Origin: Candidatus Thorarchaeota archaeon
Lineage (GTDB): Archaea > Asgardarchaeota > Thorarchaeia > Thorarchaeales > Thorarchaeaceae
Length of the DNA: 64,000 nucleotides
Direction of reading: 5' to 3'
NCBI GenBank assembly: GCA_048884965.1
Contig: JBHLQH010000001.1
Location: forward strand, 1-64,000
A model generated the notes under the pieces. The model made no database searches and had not been told where the DNA came from. It worked only from the letters and a program-made list of their open reading frames with translations. How positions within the stretch are numbered: the first letter of the stretch is position 1; every line of letters begins with the position of its first letter. The translations under genes and the position numbers were made by a program. Positions 30,846 to 40,178 of the stretch are shown piece by piece.

Positions 30846-30925
30846 TCTAACTTTTCTTGCGTTGTTTGCCATCTTTTTTTATGAATGCTACTTACATCAA
30901 GGCAAGAAGTATCCTTGTGATCACT

Positions 30926-31030
30926 ATGAAGAAGCTGATGGAAATTATCAAACGTATCCTAGATTGGTTTGAAGGAACTGGTGATGAACTGGATTTCATG
31001 ACTCTGAAAGCTCATCGCCCCTCAGAGTAA
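30926..31030 (+). CDS. Small 34-aa protein with N-terminal amphipathic helix (below the ORF-track cutoff)
   Basis: MKKLMEIIKRILDWFEGTGDELDFMTLKAHRPSE; GTGAT RBS-like motif just upstream. Confidence 0.45.
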   Translation: MKKLMEIIKRILDWFEGTGDELDFMTLKAHRPSE

Positions 31031-31058
31031 CACACATGTATCATTGTTGACTGTGGGC

Positions 31059-31898
31059 CTACTCATTCAGGGCTCTAGGCAATATGTCATTCAGGATAAC
31101 AGATTCTCTTTTTGAGAGAGATTTGATTTTGAACAATAGAATGATTGCCAATGCGATAATGCCATTGATGAGCAGTGTGTACTGTTCCGGAATAATCAAC
31201 CCTCCCAGAAGTATTAACCCCCCCATGGCGTTGCTAGCCGCATGATAGAATGTGACTGTGAGTGGATTTCCATTTGAGGAATTGAACAACCATGTGTAGA
31301 TGATTGACACAGCTATCGTGTGCCCTATGAACAGGATAAATGATCCGTATATCTGTAGCATCTGACTCTCGTATACCAGAAAGTGTGGTATATGCCATAC
31401 TGACCAGATGATTCCCACTATGATGGAAGAAATGAATGCATTATATTTGGCTTGTAATGTCGATTGCGCATAACTTCTCCATCCTATTTCCTCCCACACA
31501 TTCAAGATGAACATCTGAAACAGGTATAGAACAAGTAGCATACCGTCTAAGAGCGGAAGCGAATCTGACATAGTTACTAGATTCATGACAATTATTGCTG
31601 AGTAGAATGTGAGAACGACAATGAGTATTGCGATAAGAATCCAGATTGGCGAGAATCTGCGCTTGAATGACCCAAAGAGTGCTTTTGGTCCATCTCCTCC
31701 GAACTGCAAATACATTATGATCACTGCTGCGATAGTGGGAGAACCACCACCTATGAGCATGAAGATACCAACTGCCTCTTGAGGAAACAAGCCATACGAT
31801 GAAAACACCCATGGCAGGTTTCCAATGACACCAATTCCAAGAGATAAGATGATGTAGCCAAGAAACGCCTTCGTGGATGTTATTCTTGCTTCTGCCAT
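31059..31898 (-). CDS. CPBP family intramembrane metalloprotease (CAAX protease/Abi)
   Basis: EEIGWR, WSVWH, HAASN motifs; multiple TM helices. Confidence 0.92.
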   Translation of the reverse strand: MAEARITSTKAFLGYIILSLGIGVIGNLPWVFSSYGLFPQEAVGIFMLIGGGSPTIAAVIIMYLQFGGDGPKALFGSFKRRFSPIWILIAILIVVLTFYSAIIVMNLVTMSDSLPLLDGMLLVLYLFQMFILNVWEEIGWRSYAQSTLQAKYNAFISSIIVGIIWSVWHIPHFLVYESQMLQIYGSFILFIGHTIAVSIIYTWLFNSSNGNPLTVTFYHAASNAMGGLILLGGLIIPEQYTLLINGIIALAIILLFKIKSLSKRESVILNDILPRALNE

Positions 31899-31973
31899 TA
31901 GGGACTATCCTCCATGAATGCAACTCAAGCTAGAATCTTGGAATATTTTAACCGGATGCCTACTATCGATTTC

Positions 31974-33470
31974 TTAGTGAAGGAATGACCGTACTCCTGA
32001 CCAAATCATTGCGATACCTGCATCGTCCGCCGCAGTAATCGATTCCGCATCTCGAATTGATCCTCCTGGAGCAATGATAGCTGTTACTCCTTTGGATGTT
32101 GCCGCATCAATCGAATCGCGATAAGGAAAGAAAGCGTCTGAAGCCATCACAGCTCCTTTGGCTCGTTCTCCAGCTCTTTGTAATGCTAGCTCTACTGCTG
32201 CGATTCTAGAGGATTGTCCCATGCCAACTCCAAGAGTCTTTGTACCCTTAGAAACGACAGCAGCATTAGACTTTGCATACTTTACAACTTTCCATGCAAA
32301 TAGCAGACTTGCTAACTCGTCGTCTGTTGGTTGACGCTTTGATACAACGGTCAGGTCCTCAAGGGTTAGAGTACGTAGATCTGATGGTTGCACAAGGATA
32401 CCATTCGGTACTAGCTTGATTGAATGCTCTGGAATTGAATACTCTTGAAACTTGCAGAGAATGATATTCTTCTTTTTCGTAAGAATCTCAAGGGCAACAT
32501 TATCGTACTCAGGCGCGATGATTGCATCAACGAACATGGCGTTGAGCTTTGCTGCCAGGCTCGCTGTGATTGTGCGATTGAATCCCATTGCCGATCCAAA
32601 TGCTGATAGGTTATCCGTCGCGAATGCATCATCGAATGCTTGTTCGATGTCTGATGCAGAGGCAAAACCGCAGGGGCTGGTATGCTTGATGATTGCGCAA
32701 GATGGCTCCCTATTCTCCGATAATATTCCGATTGCTGCATTGAAATCGACAAGGTTGTTGAAGGACACCTCTTTTCCATGGATTTGCTGGTAGAATGGGG
32801 CAGAGCCCGGATTCAGATAGTAACTCGCAGGTTGGTGCCAGTTCTCTCCATAACGTAGCTCTTGGGGTCTTTCAAATCCCAAGAGGAAATTCTCTGGGAC
32901 CTCAATCCCCATCGAGAGATATCTACTGATAGCAATGTCATACTTTGCGGTATGAAAGAATGCTTTCCTAGCCAATTCCTTCCTCAATTCAATTGAGATG
33001 GTATCTGTCACTATTGCTTCTGAAACTCTCAAATAATCCTCCGGCGAGCTGACCACTAGGACCTCGTGATAGTTCTTGGCCGCTGCCCGAAGGAGGGTCA
33101 CTCCTCCTATGTCTATATTCTCGATGGCTTCCATGAGATCGTGTTGCTCTGATATGACCTTCTCAAATGGGTATAGATTGACCACGACAAGTCCAACGGG
33201 CTTGATGTTCAGTGACGAAAGCTCTTCCATATGACTCTCAGTTCCTAGGATTCCTCCCATAATAGCTGGATGCAAGGTCTTGACCCGGCCATCCAAAATT
33301 TCTGGGAATTGCGTGACGCTTGAAACGGTACTGACAGGTATGCTTGAGGTCTCAAGAATCTCAGCTGTCTTTCCTGTGCTTACGAACTCAAAATGAGAGG
33401 AGATGCTCTTACACAAGTCAACGATTCCTGTCTTATCAAAGACACTGATTATTGCCTTTCTTCTCTCCAA
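31974..33470 (-). CDS. purH: Bifunctional AICAR transformylase / IMP cyclohydrolase
   Basis: ISVFDKTG, GRVKTLHP, ENIDIGG, LRYGENWHQ, KHTSPCG, SAFG, ASDAFFP, PGGSIRD; TTG start at 33470. Confidence 0.95.
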   Translation of the reverse strand: MERRKAIISVFDKTGIVDLCKSISSHFEFVSTGKTAEILETSSIPVSTVSSVTQFPEILDGRVKTLHPAIMGGILGTESHMEELSSLNIKPVGLVVVNLYPFEKVISEQHDLMEAIENIDIGGVTLLRAAAKNYHEVLVVSSPEDYLRVSEAIVTDTISIELRKELARKAFFHTAKYDIAISRYLSMGIEVPENFLLGFERPQELRYGENWHQPASYYLNPGSAPFYQQIHGKEVSFNNLVDFNAAIGILSENREPSCAIIKHTSPCGFASASDIEQAFDDAFATDNLSAFGSAMGFNRTITASLAAKLNAMFVDAIIAPEYDNVALEILTKKKNIILCKFQEYSIPEHSIKLVPNGILVQPSDLRTLTLEDLTVVSKRQPTDDELASLLFAWKVVKYAKSNAAVVSKGTKTLGVGMGQSSRIAAVELALQRAGERAKGAVMASDAFFPYRDSIDAATSKGVTAIIAPGGSIRDAESITAADDAGIAMIWSGVRSFLH

Positions 33471-33585
33471 TATGAAACACCATCGATAGGTGGAATCCTT
33501 TTGCATTCCGAGAGTGTCTCTCCTCATGCAACCCCTTTCTCGCTCGCTTGGATGCCTAAATAAATTGATTGCTCCATAAGCAGTA

Positions 33586-33888
33586 TCATGTATCCCATTG
33601 AGCATCGTCTAGGACATATTGAGAGCCAATCGCTCCTTGACTAATTGCACCATCAGAAGACACTTCTGGATCTGGAATATACTTCTCGTACCTAACAACA
33701 CCCTTCACTGAAATCCGCATGCCTCTTATTACATCATCCCATGATCCAAGGTGGCGGATGTATATGACCTCATTTTGAGGAAGGACGATGAGGGCCCCGC
33801 CCTTTCCGTTCTCTGCGATGCCTTCCAGAACTACCTCTTCACCTATCATGTCACGCAACGATTTTTGATTCATTTGTAATCGATTCAT
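33586..33888 (-). CDS. Hypothetical protein (possible OB-like fold)
   Basis: GEEVVLEGIAENGKGGA...ISVKG pattern; lies in the minus-strand run with the GNAT and purH genes. Confidence 0.65.
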   Translation of the reverse strand: MNRLQMNQKSLRDMIGEEVVLEGIAENGKGGALIVLPQNEVIYIRHLGSWDDVIRGMRISVKGVVRYEKYIPDPEVSSDGAISQGAIGSQYVLDDAQWDT

Positions 33889-33913
33889 ATCTCTACCTTA
33901 TCAGATTACTTGT

Positions 33914-34834
33914 TCATCTGTCAGTCCCTACATAAACGATTGCTGAGAATTCTTCCTTTACTTCAAATCCAGTTTTTTCATAGAGGAACTTGGCTGGATT
34001 TGATAGGGTAACAGCAAGATGTATCGATCGTATCGACTCATCCGAACCCAAGTATGAAAGTAATGTATTTACAAAGAGTGCCTTTCCTAAACCTCTCCCT
34101 TGATAGGTTGGCAATAGACCGATATCGGAAACAGTAACTGTGTCTCCTCCTTTTACGAGCATGCAATATCCAATAATCTCGTTATCCTTCATAAGTACTC
34201 GAGAGGTTCCTTCTATGTATTCACCAAAGGCGTTCTCCTCTACCTTCTTGAGATATTCTACGCCCATTTCCTTTGAGCTGAAGAACTCAGGATAGATTAT
34301 GGCATCGACGTGATCGGTGTTTGCTTTTGCTAGAACCCCGGCCACCTTCCCTCTTTCATCTGGATGATATGGTCTTAGTGCAAATCCTTGAGGTAATGTT
34401 ATCTCTTGATTCCGTAGGAATACTTCCCTACTGACATCCATAGCGGCTCGCTGGTATTCCCTGTAACCTCGAGCTAGAATATCGTTTTTTAGATTCTCCG
34501 TCATCTTCGGAAAATCTACTCTTGTAGGAGGATTATTCACCTCGTTGTAGCACCAGTCAATGATCTTCTTCTCGAGCAGCTTGACGATTTCTTGGTCGAG
34601 CTCTCCATTCATATCATCGACAAAGACTGCAATGATTCTGCCACTAACTTGACCAATGACTCCAAATCCATTGGGGCTTGAATCCTTCGATTCTGTTAGG
34701 CAAACCTTGACATTGCCAGCTTGAACTGCTTCTGAAAGTATATCGAAGAAAGGCTTTGGGAAGTCAATGCCCTCTTGGTATCTTGAAACAATGCTCTCGA
34801 TAGAGCTCAAATCATCCAATGTCAGAACTCTCAT
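33914..34834 (-). CDS. GNAT family N-acetyltransferase (tandem GNAT)
   Basis: IGLLPTYQGRGLGKAL acetyl-CoA motif; NPAKFLYEKTGF. Confidence 0.9.
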   Translation of the reverse strand: MRVLTLDDLSSIESIVSRYQEGIDFPKPFFDILSEAVQAGNVKVCLTESKDSSPNGFGVIGQVSGRIIAVFVDDMNGELDQEIVKLLEKKIIDWCYNEVNNPPTRVDFPKMTENLKNDILARGYREYQRAAMDVSREVFLRNQEITLPQGFALRPYHPDERGKVAGVLAKANTDHVDAIIYPEFFSSKEMGVEYLKKVEENAFGEYIEGTSRVLMKDNEIIGYCMLVKGGDTVTVSDIGLLPTYQGRGLGKALFVNTLLSYLGSDESIRSIHLAVTLSNPAKFLYEKTGFEVKEEFSAIVYVGTDR

Positions 34835-34984
34835 GGTTCTTCGGATTCAGAATTTGATTATAAGCTCGATAGTTCAAAGCAAAAACTACTCACATCAAGG
34901 GCCAATAACTCTTAGATGCTTATGCACTATGCAAAGTTTCAATACTTGCCGTGCCATATCACTAATGCTGGAGGATAGAGAATA

Positions 34985-35374
34985 GTGAAAGAACCCATCG
35001 GCTATAACATCGTGACCTACGGATTGTTTCTACAGAATGAGCAGAAGGATTTCGGAAAGCTACTAGATAAGCCAATCCATGTGAGTGCGATAATCACATG
35101 CCACCCCTCTGACACCAAGGACTTCAAAAAAGCGTATTTCATCTTCGTTGATGGGAAGCACATTCCTGAATTCAAATATCCTGACCATATCCGGGACGAT
35201 GAGAGTGGTGATAGATGCGTCTACATATTCCGTTCCTCTCAATTCTATAGAGAACATGTTGACCTACTAAGGAATGAGAAGCCCATAGCTCTTTGGTGGT
35301 CACAGAAGAATAACACTTGGCAACTGGCAACGGGAAAGAGTGAGCCAGTAGGTGAAGGCGCTGGAGAGCACTAG
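34985..35374 (+). CDS. Hypothetical protein
   Basis: GGAGG upstream; VDLLRNEKPI..W...LATGKSEPVGEG protein-like C-terminus. Confidence 0.65.
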   Translation: MKEPIGYNIVTYGLFLQNEQKDFGKLLDKPIHVSAIITCHPSDTKDFKKAYFIFVDGKHIPEFKYPDHIRDDESGDRCVYIFRSSQFYREHVDLLRNEKPIALWWSQKNNTWQLATGKSEPVGEGAGEH

Positions 35375-35455
35375 GTTCCGGTTATTTGGATCCATTGATG
35401 TTTGAAAAGACTAATCTGCACTCAGAACATATCATAGCCGGAAGGTTGCCTTGCA

Positions 35456-35830
35456 GTGAGTGATTGGGATATAGATGATATCTTTGATGAACTATTCAAG
35501 AACATGAGGCGCTTCATGCAGGACGGAGCCTTGTTCAGGCCGCCTGAGAAATTCAGACACTCTGGTAGCGCTCCTAAATCAGAGGAGATCATCCAATATG
35601 ATGATCATGTTCTATTAGTGATGGAACTCGGGCCCCAGTTCAGCCAAGAGAACACGACTATAGAAATGATACAGCGGGATGAACGTCGGATTTTGGAGAT
35701 CAAATCATTCGTTAATGGTTTGGTCCGGCGATATGGGATGAGCAGCGACATGACTGGTGACTTCGATTGGGATATCCGGAATGGCATGCTAGAAGTCATT
35801 CTGAAGAGAGTACCTCCTGTAAAACATTGA
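35456..35830 (+). CDS. Small heat shock protein (Hsp20/alpha-crystallin-like), divergent
   Basis: DDIFDELFKNMRR N-terminus; LVMELG; NGMLEVILKR. Confidence 0.75.
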   Translation: MSDWDIDDIFDELFKNMRRFMQDGALFRPPEKFRHSGSAPKSEEIIQYDDHVLLVMELGPQFSQENTTIEMIQRDERRILEIKSFVNGLVRRYGMSSDMTGDFDWDIRNGMLEVILKRVPPVKH

Positions 35831-35928
35831 GATCTGGATTCTCTTCTTTTTGGTTGGAAGGGTAAATAGGGATTACTCCAAGAGATATCTTATTCTGGAT
35901 CCTTACTTCATCCTTTCGTGATTGCGAG

Positions 35929-36759
35929 ATGATATATCAAATCGATGATTTAGAGATGTACTATGAGGTTATAGGATCAGGTACTCCAATCGTGATAATC
36001 CACGGATTTACATTGGACCATCGATCAATGAAGGAGTGTATGGAGCCTATCTTCAATAAGCGCCAAGCCTGGCAACGAATCTATCTTGACTTACCGGGAC
36101 ATGGAAAGACCAAAGGGGTTGAATGGATCAAGAATTCAGATGATATGTTGCATGTGCTGATTGATTTCATTGAAGCCACTATCCCCCGCGAGCGTTTTCT
36201 TGTTGCAGGATTGTCTTATGGAGGCTATCTAGCTCGGGGGTTGATATACAAGAAGATGGATTTGATTGATGGATTACTATTGATTGTTCCAAGGATTGTA
36301 TCGCATCCTTTGAAACGCATACTTCCTCCTCGTATAGTATTTGAGAAGGATGAAAGGTTTCTGTCATCACTTTCCACAATAGAAAGAGAGGGCTTCGAGG
36401 AGATCTCAGTGATTCTGAACGATAGGGTGTTTAATCGGTATTCAAAAGAGATAACCCCTGCAGTGCAGGTCGCAGACAATACCTTCCTGCAACGTTTGGA
36501 CAACACGAAGGACTCTTTCTCATTTGATGTGGATCAGCTGCCTGCCAAATTCGAAAAACCTACTTTGTTTCTGTTGGGGCGGCAGGACCATATTGTAGGA
36601 TACGAGGATGCCTGGAATCTCATCGAGCAATACCCAAGAGCGACCCTTGTAGTTCTAGACAAGGCTGGACATGGACTCCAGATGGAGCAAGTCAATCTCT
36701 TTGAGGTATTAGTAGAGAATTGGCTGGATCGCACTCTTGAGGCAGACTCTATCAAATGA
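35929..36759 (+). CDS. Alpha/beta fold hydrolase
   Basis: HGFT, DLPGHG, GLSYGG nucleophile, GRQD, AGH. Confidence 0.92.
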   Translation: MIYQIDDLEMYYEVIGSGTPIVIIHGFTLDHRSMKECMEPIFNKRQAWQRIYLDLPGHGKTKGVEWIKNSDDMLHVLIDFIEATIPRERFLVAGLSYGGYLARGLIYKKMDLIDGLLLIVPRIVSHPLKRILPPRIVFEKDERFLSSLSTIEREGFEEISVILNDRVFNRYSKEITPAVQVADNTFLQRLDNTKDSFSFDVDQLPAKFEKPTLFLLGRQDHIVGYEDAWNLIEQYPRATLVVLDKAGHGLQMEQVNLFEVLVENWLDRTLEADSIK

Positions 36760-36832
36760 AATCCATTCTGAGCGTGCAACGACCAAACAGAACGACTAAA
36801 TACACATTCCTCAATGCAGAAGATGGCTTACC

Positions 36833-38404
36833 ATGGCAAAAGTGAAGATTACTGACACTGTTCTCAGGGATGCACATCAATCCCTCCTTGCTACACGGAT
36901 GAAGACAGAGGATATGATCCCTATATGTGAGAAATTGAACAAGGTCGGATATCACTCATTGGAGATGTTTGGTGGCGCGACCTTCGATTCAATGATGCGT
37001 TTCCTCGACGAGGATCCGTGGGAACGTGTAGAAACCCTCAGCACAGCTATGCCTGACACCAAGATGCAGATGCTCTTGAGAGGACAGAATGTGGTTGGCT
37101 ATCGCAATTATCCTGATGATGTTCTTGAGGCATTCGTCGTTGAAGCAGTCAAGGTTGGCATAGATATCTTCAGAATATTCGACGCTTTAAATGACGTCAG
37201 GAATATGGAAGCCGCAATGAAGTTCGTGAAGCGTGAGGGCGGTCACGTTCAAGCAAGTATCAGCTATACCATAAGCCCTGTGCACACCATTCAGAATTTC
37301 ATTGAAACCTCGAAGACGTTATACGATATGGGTGCAGACTCAATCTGCATCAAGGATATGGCTGGGCTAATATCTCCTCAGGCTGCGTATGATCTTGTAA
37401 AGGGCCTCAAGGAAGAAATCGATATACCTATCCAGCTTCACTCACATTATACAAGCGGTATGGCTGCCATGGCATACCTAAAGGCTGCGGAGGCTGGTGT
37501 AGATGTGGTTGATTGCGCTATCTCTGCCCTATCTATGGCGACCTCCCAACCTGCGACAGAGTCTATCGTTGAAGCCCTTAAGGGCACTCCATACGATACA
37601 GGACTCAATCTCAATCTTTTATCTGAGATCGCAGATTACTTCCGAAAGGTTCGCAGGAAGTACTCCCAATTCGAAGGAGCCCTGAAGGGAGTGGACCCTC
37701 AAGTTCTAGTGTTCCAGATTCCCGGGGGTATGCTCTCAAACTTGGACAACCAGCTGAAGGAACAAGGTGCTTTAGATCGCTATGATGAAGTTCTGGCAGA
37801 AGTTCCACGTGTTCGAGCGGAATTCGGCTATCCTCCTCTTGTTACACCTTCAAGCCAGATTGTTGGCACACAGGCAACCCTCAATGTGATCACGGGAGAA
37901 CGCTATAGCATCATACCTCATGAAGTAAAGCAATACTTCCGTGGATACTATGGAAGACCTCCTGCTCCCGTCGATGAGGAGGTCAAGAAGAAGGCTATTG
38001 GTGATGAGGAACCCCTTTCTGTTCGCCCAGCAGACCTACTCGAACCTGAACTACCCGCAGCAAGAGAGGCTCTCAAAGATATTCCTCATCATTCCCGCGA
38101 CCTCGTATCTTATGCTCTCTTTCCTCAATACGCGTTAGATTTCCTGAAGCGCAAGGCAAAGAAGATCAATCGTGGCACTATGACTCCTGAGCTTGAAGTC
38201 GCACTAATCGCCTCGATACTTCATGTAAGCAACAAGTCATCAGGCGGCCCCATGAGCATTACTATGGCTGGGGACAGCTGGAGTAAGAGTGGTCGTGAGG
38301 CTCTACATGCCGCACGTGCTGGAAGCTGGGAGAAAAATCCATCTGCATGGTCTGTGTCTGGTAGAAAGCATCAGATGCGTCCTCGTACTCAGGGGGGTCC
38401 ATGA
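36833..38404 (+). CDS. Pyruvate/oxaloacetate carboxyltransferase subunit (PycB/OadA/5S-like), no biotin domain, with epsilon/delta-like C-terminal tail
   Basis: LRDAHQSL.ATR, GGATFD, EDPWER, LLRGQN, IKDMAG, LHSHYTSG, PGGMLSN, PPLVTPSSQIVG. Confidence 0.9.
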   Translation: MAKVKITDTVLRDAHQSLLATRMKTEDMIPICEKLNKVGYHSLEMFGGATFDSMMRFLDEDPWERVETLSTAMPDTKMQMLLRGQNVVGYRNYPDDVLEAFVVEAVKVGIDIFRIFDALNDVRNMEAAMKFVKREGGHVQASISYTISPVHTIQNFIETSKTLYDMGADSICIKDMAGLISPQAAYDLVKGLKEEIDIPIQLHSHYTSGMAAMAYLKAAEAGVDVVDCAISALSMATSQPATESIVEALKGTPYDTGLNLNLLSEIADYFRKVRRKYSQFEGALKGVDPQVLVFQIPGGMLSNLDNQLKEQGALDRYDEVLAEVPRVRAEFGYPPLVTPSSQIVGTQATLNVITGERYSIIPHEVKQYFRGYYGRPPAPVDEEVKKKAIGDEEPLSVRPADLLEPELPAAREALKDIPHHSRDLVSYALFPQYALDFLKRKAKKINRGTMTPELEVALIASILHVSNKSSGGPMSITMAGDSWSKSGREALHAARAGSWEKNPSAWSVSGRKHQMRPRTQGGP

Positions 38405-38928
38405 TGAGTTCTGATTACGAAATCACACTTGATGACACCAAGTACAAGGTGTCAGTTGAACGTCTTGATGAAGGTGGAATTCTGATTGTAAAGGTCGCTG
38501 ATGAGTGCTATACCATCAAGACTCTGCAAACTGACGAAGGTACGTTCATTGTTAATGATACAACGAACGATTTTTCCATTAGGCTGGTCAAGAAGACTGG
38601 GTCCAAGCTACAACTTGAGTTGGATGACCATCCGCTTGAGGTAGAATGGCAGCGAATCGTCAAGAATCAAGTTACTGCAGCTCCTAAGGCAACGGGTGGA
38701 GGAGGTCCCAAGGTCGCTGGAGGAGTGTATCCTCCAATGCCCGGCAAGATCAGTGAAGTCACCGTGTCCGTCGGGGATGTGGTGAAGCAAGGTCAGACAG
38801 TGTGCATCCTTGAGGCTATGAAGATGTTCAATGAGTTGAAGTCCTCAAAGGCTGGAACCGTCAAGGAAGTCAACGTAGAGCAAGGTTCTGCTGTCACGCC
38901 AAATGACCTTCTGATTCTAATCGAATAG
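38401..38928 (+). CDS. Biotin carboxyl carrier protein
   Basis: PMPGKI...LEAMKMFNEL biotinylation motif; start overlaps the upstream stop (ATGA). Confidence 0.93.
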   Translation: MMSSDYEITLDDTKYKVSVERLDEGGILIVKVADECYTIKTLQTDEGTFIVNDTTNDFSIRLVKKTGSKLQLELDDHPLEVEWQRIVKNQVTAAPKATGGGGPKVAGGVYPPMPGKISEVTVSVGDVVKQGQTVCILEAMKMFNELKSSKAGTVKEVNVEQGSAVTPNDLLILIE

Positions 38929-38939
38929 GATGTGATCTT

Positions 38940-40106
38940 GTGAAGCCGGTTCATATCATTGGTGCAGGCATGACCCGCTTTGGCGTCTTGGAAGAATCAA
39001 TCATGAAATTGGTTGAGCAGGCCTCAATGGAAGCGATAAGCACCTCTGGTACTGCTGGAGAGACATTCAATCATGTCCTTGTTTCGTGTCAGAATTCTGA
39101 TGAGTTCACAGGAGTAGGCCATCTTTCAACTCTGACTGCAGATAGACTTGGTCTGATTCCGGCTGGTGCGACACGAATTGAGAGCGGACCATCTTCTGGT
39201 TCAAGCGCTTTTGAGGTGGGTTGTGCAATGATTGCCTCGTCAATGGCAGACCTCGTGCTTGTCGTTGGTGTTGAGAAGATGTCCGAGGTAGAGCGAGGGA
39301 TTGCGTCTCGGATACTTGCCAAGATGATGTCGAACGAGAACGAGACCCAGTATGGTGCGACACCTACTGCGCTAGCAGCTATGATTACGCGACGATATAT
39401 GCACGAGTATGGATTGACTCGTGATGAGCTTTCACTGGTTCCAGTAAAAGCCCACAAGAATGGAACAAAGAACCCTCTGGCACACTTTCAGAAGGAAATT
39501 GATGTTGAGAAGGTTAGCAATGCTAGAATTGTCGCGGATCCCTTGACCCTTTATGATTGTTGCCCGACCTCAGATGGAGCAGCTGCCGTCGTTCTTGCTT
39601 CGCAGAAGATGACAGAAACTCTAGGAGCACACGATGACTCAGTCAAAGTTCTTGGTATTGGTCATGCAACAGATTATCACGCGGTACAACATAGGCGTTC
39701 AATGACTTCCTTCAATGCAACGGTCGAAGCTGCGAAGAGAGCATTTGATATGGCGAACTTGACTCCAGATAGAATCAATGTTTGTGAGATACATGATGCG
39801 TTCTCCATCTTGGAGATTGTGGACATGGAGGACATAGGACTAGTTGATCGAGGAACTGCAATCCAAGCGATAAAGGATGGACGGACTTCTGTTGATGGAG
39901 ATCTTCCTATCAATACGACAGGAGGTCTAAAAGCGCGAGGTCATCCTACTGGAGCTACCGGACTAGCTCAGATTCATGATATCTTTCAACAGCTGACGGG
40001 TACTGCTCCAAAGGAATTGCAGGTAGCGGACCCAGAAATTGGTTTGACCCACAATATTGGTGGATTTGGGAACAATATGGTTGTCGCCATTTTTGCTAAT
40101 CACTAA
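38940..40106 (+). CDS. Thiolase-like protein (SCP-x/archaeal type) lacking the nucleophilic Cys
   Basis: GMTRFG, GVEKMS, DCCPTSDGAAAV, EIHDAF, GGLKARGHPTGATG; ESGPSSG in place of ExACAS. Confidence 0.9.
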   Translation: MKPVHIIGAGMTRFGVLEESIMKLVEQASMEAISTSGTAGETFNHVLVSCQNSDEFTGVGHLSTLTADRLGLIPAGATRIESGPSSGSSAFEVGCAMIASSMADLVLVVGVEKMSEVERGIASRILAKMMSNENETQYGATPTALAAMITRRYMHEYGLTRDELSLVPVKAHKNGTKNPLAHFQKEIDVEKVSNARIVADPLTLYDCCPTSDGAAAVVLASQKMTETLGAHDDSVKVLGIGHATDYHAVQHRRSMTSFNATVEAAKRAFDMANLTPDRINVCEIHDAFSILEIVDMEDIGLVDRGTAIQAIKDGRTSVDGDLPINTTGGLKARGHPTGATGLAQIHDIFQQLTGTAPKELQVADPEIGLTHNIGGFGNNMVVAIFANH

Positions 40107-40178
40107 ACTGATGTAGTACATCAGATCGAGAGCAAGCTTTTTCAAACATCCTGCCCCTCAATAAACCAGGTTATTGCA

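Noticed and set aside
30554-30972. ORFs 30554..30850 and 30781..30972
   Set aside because: Non-protein-like composition, and they overlap the base-paired element.
36833-38928. Na+-pumping oxaloacetate decarboxylase operon
   Set aside because: No membrane beta subunit or TM-anchored gamma subunit is adjacent; cannot be excluded genome-wide.
40109-40125. CTGATGT-agt-ACATCAG palindrome after the thiolase-like gene
   Set aside because: A single short hairpin with no further support; at most an mRNA stability or termination element.
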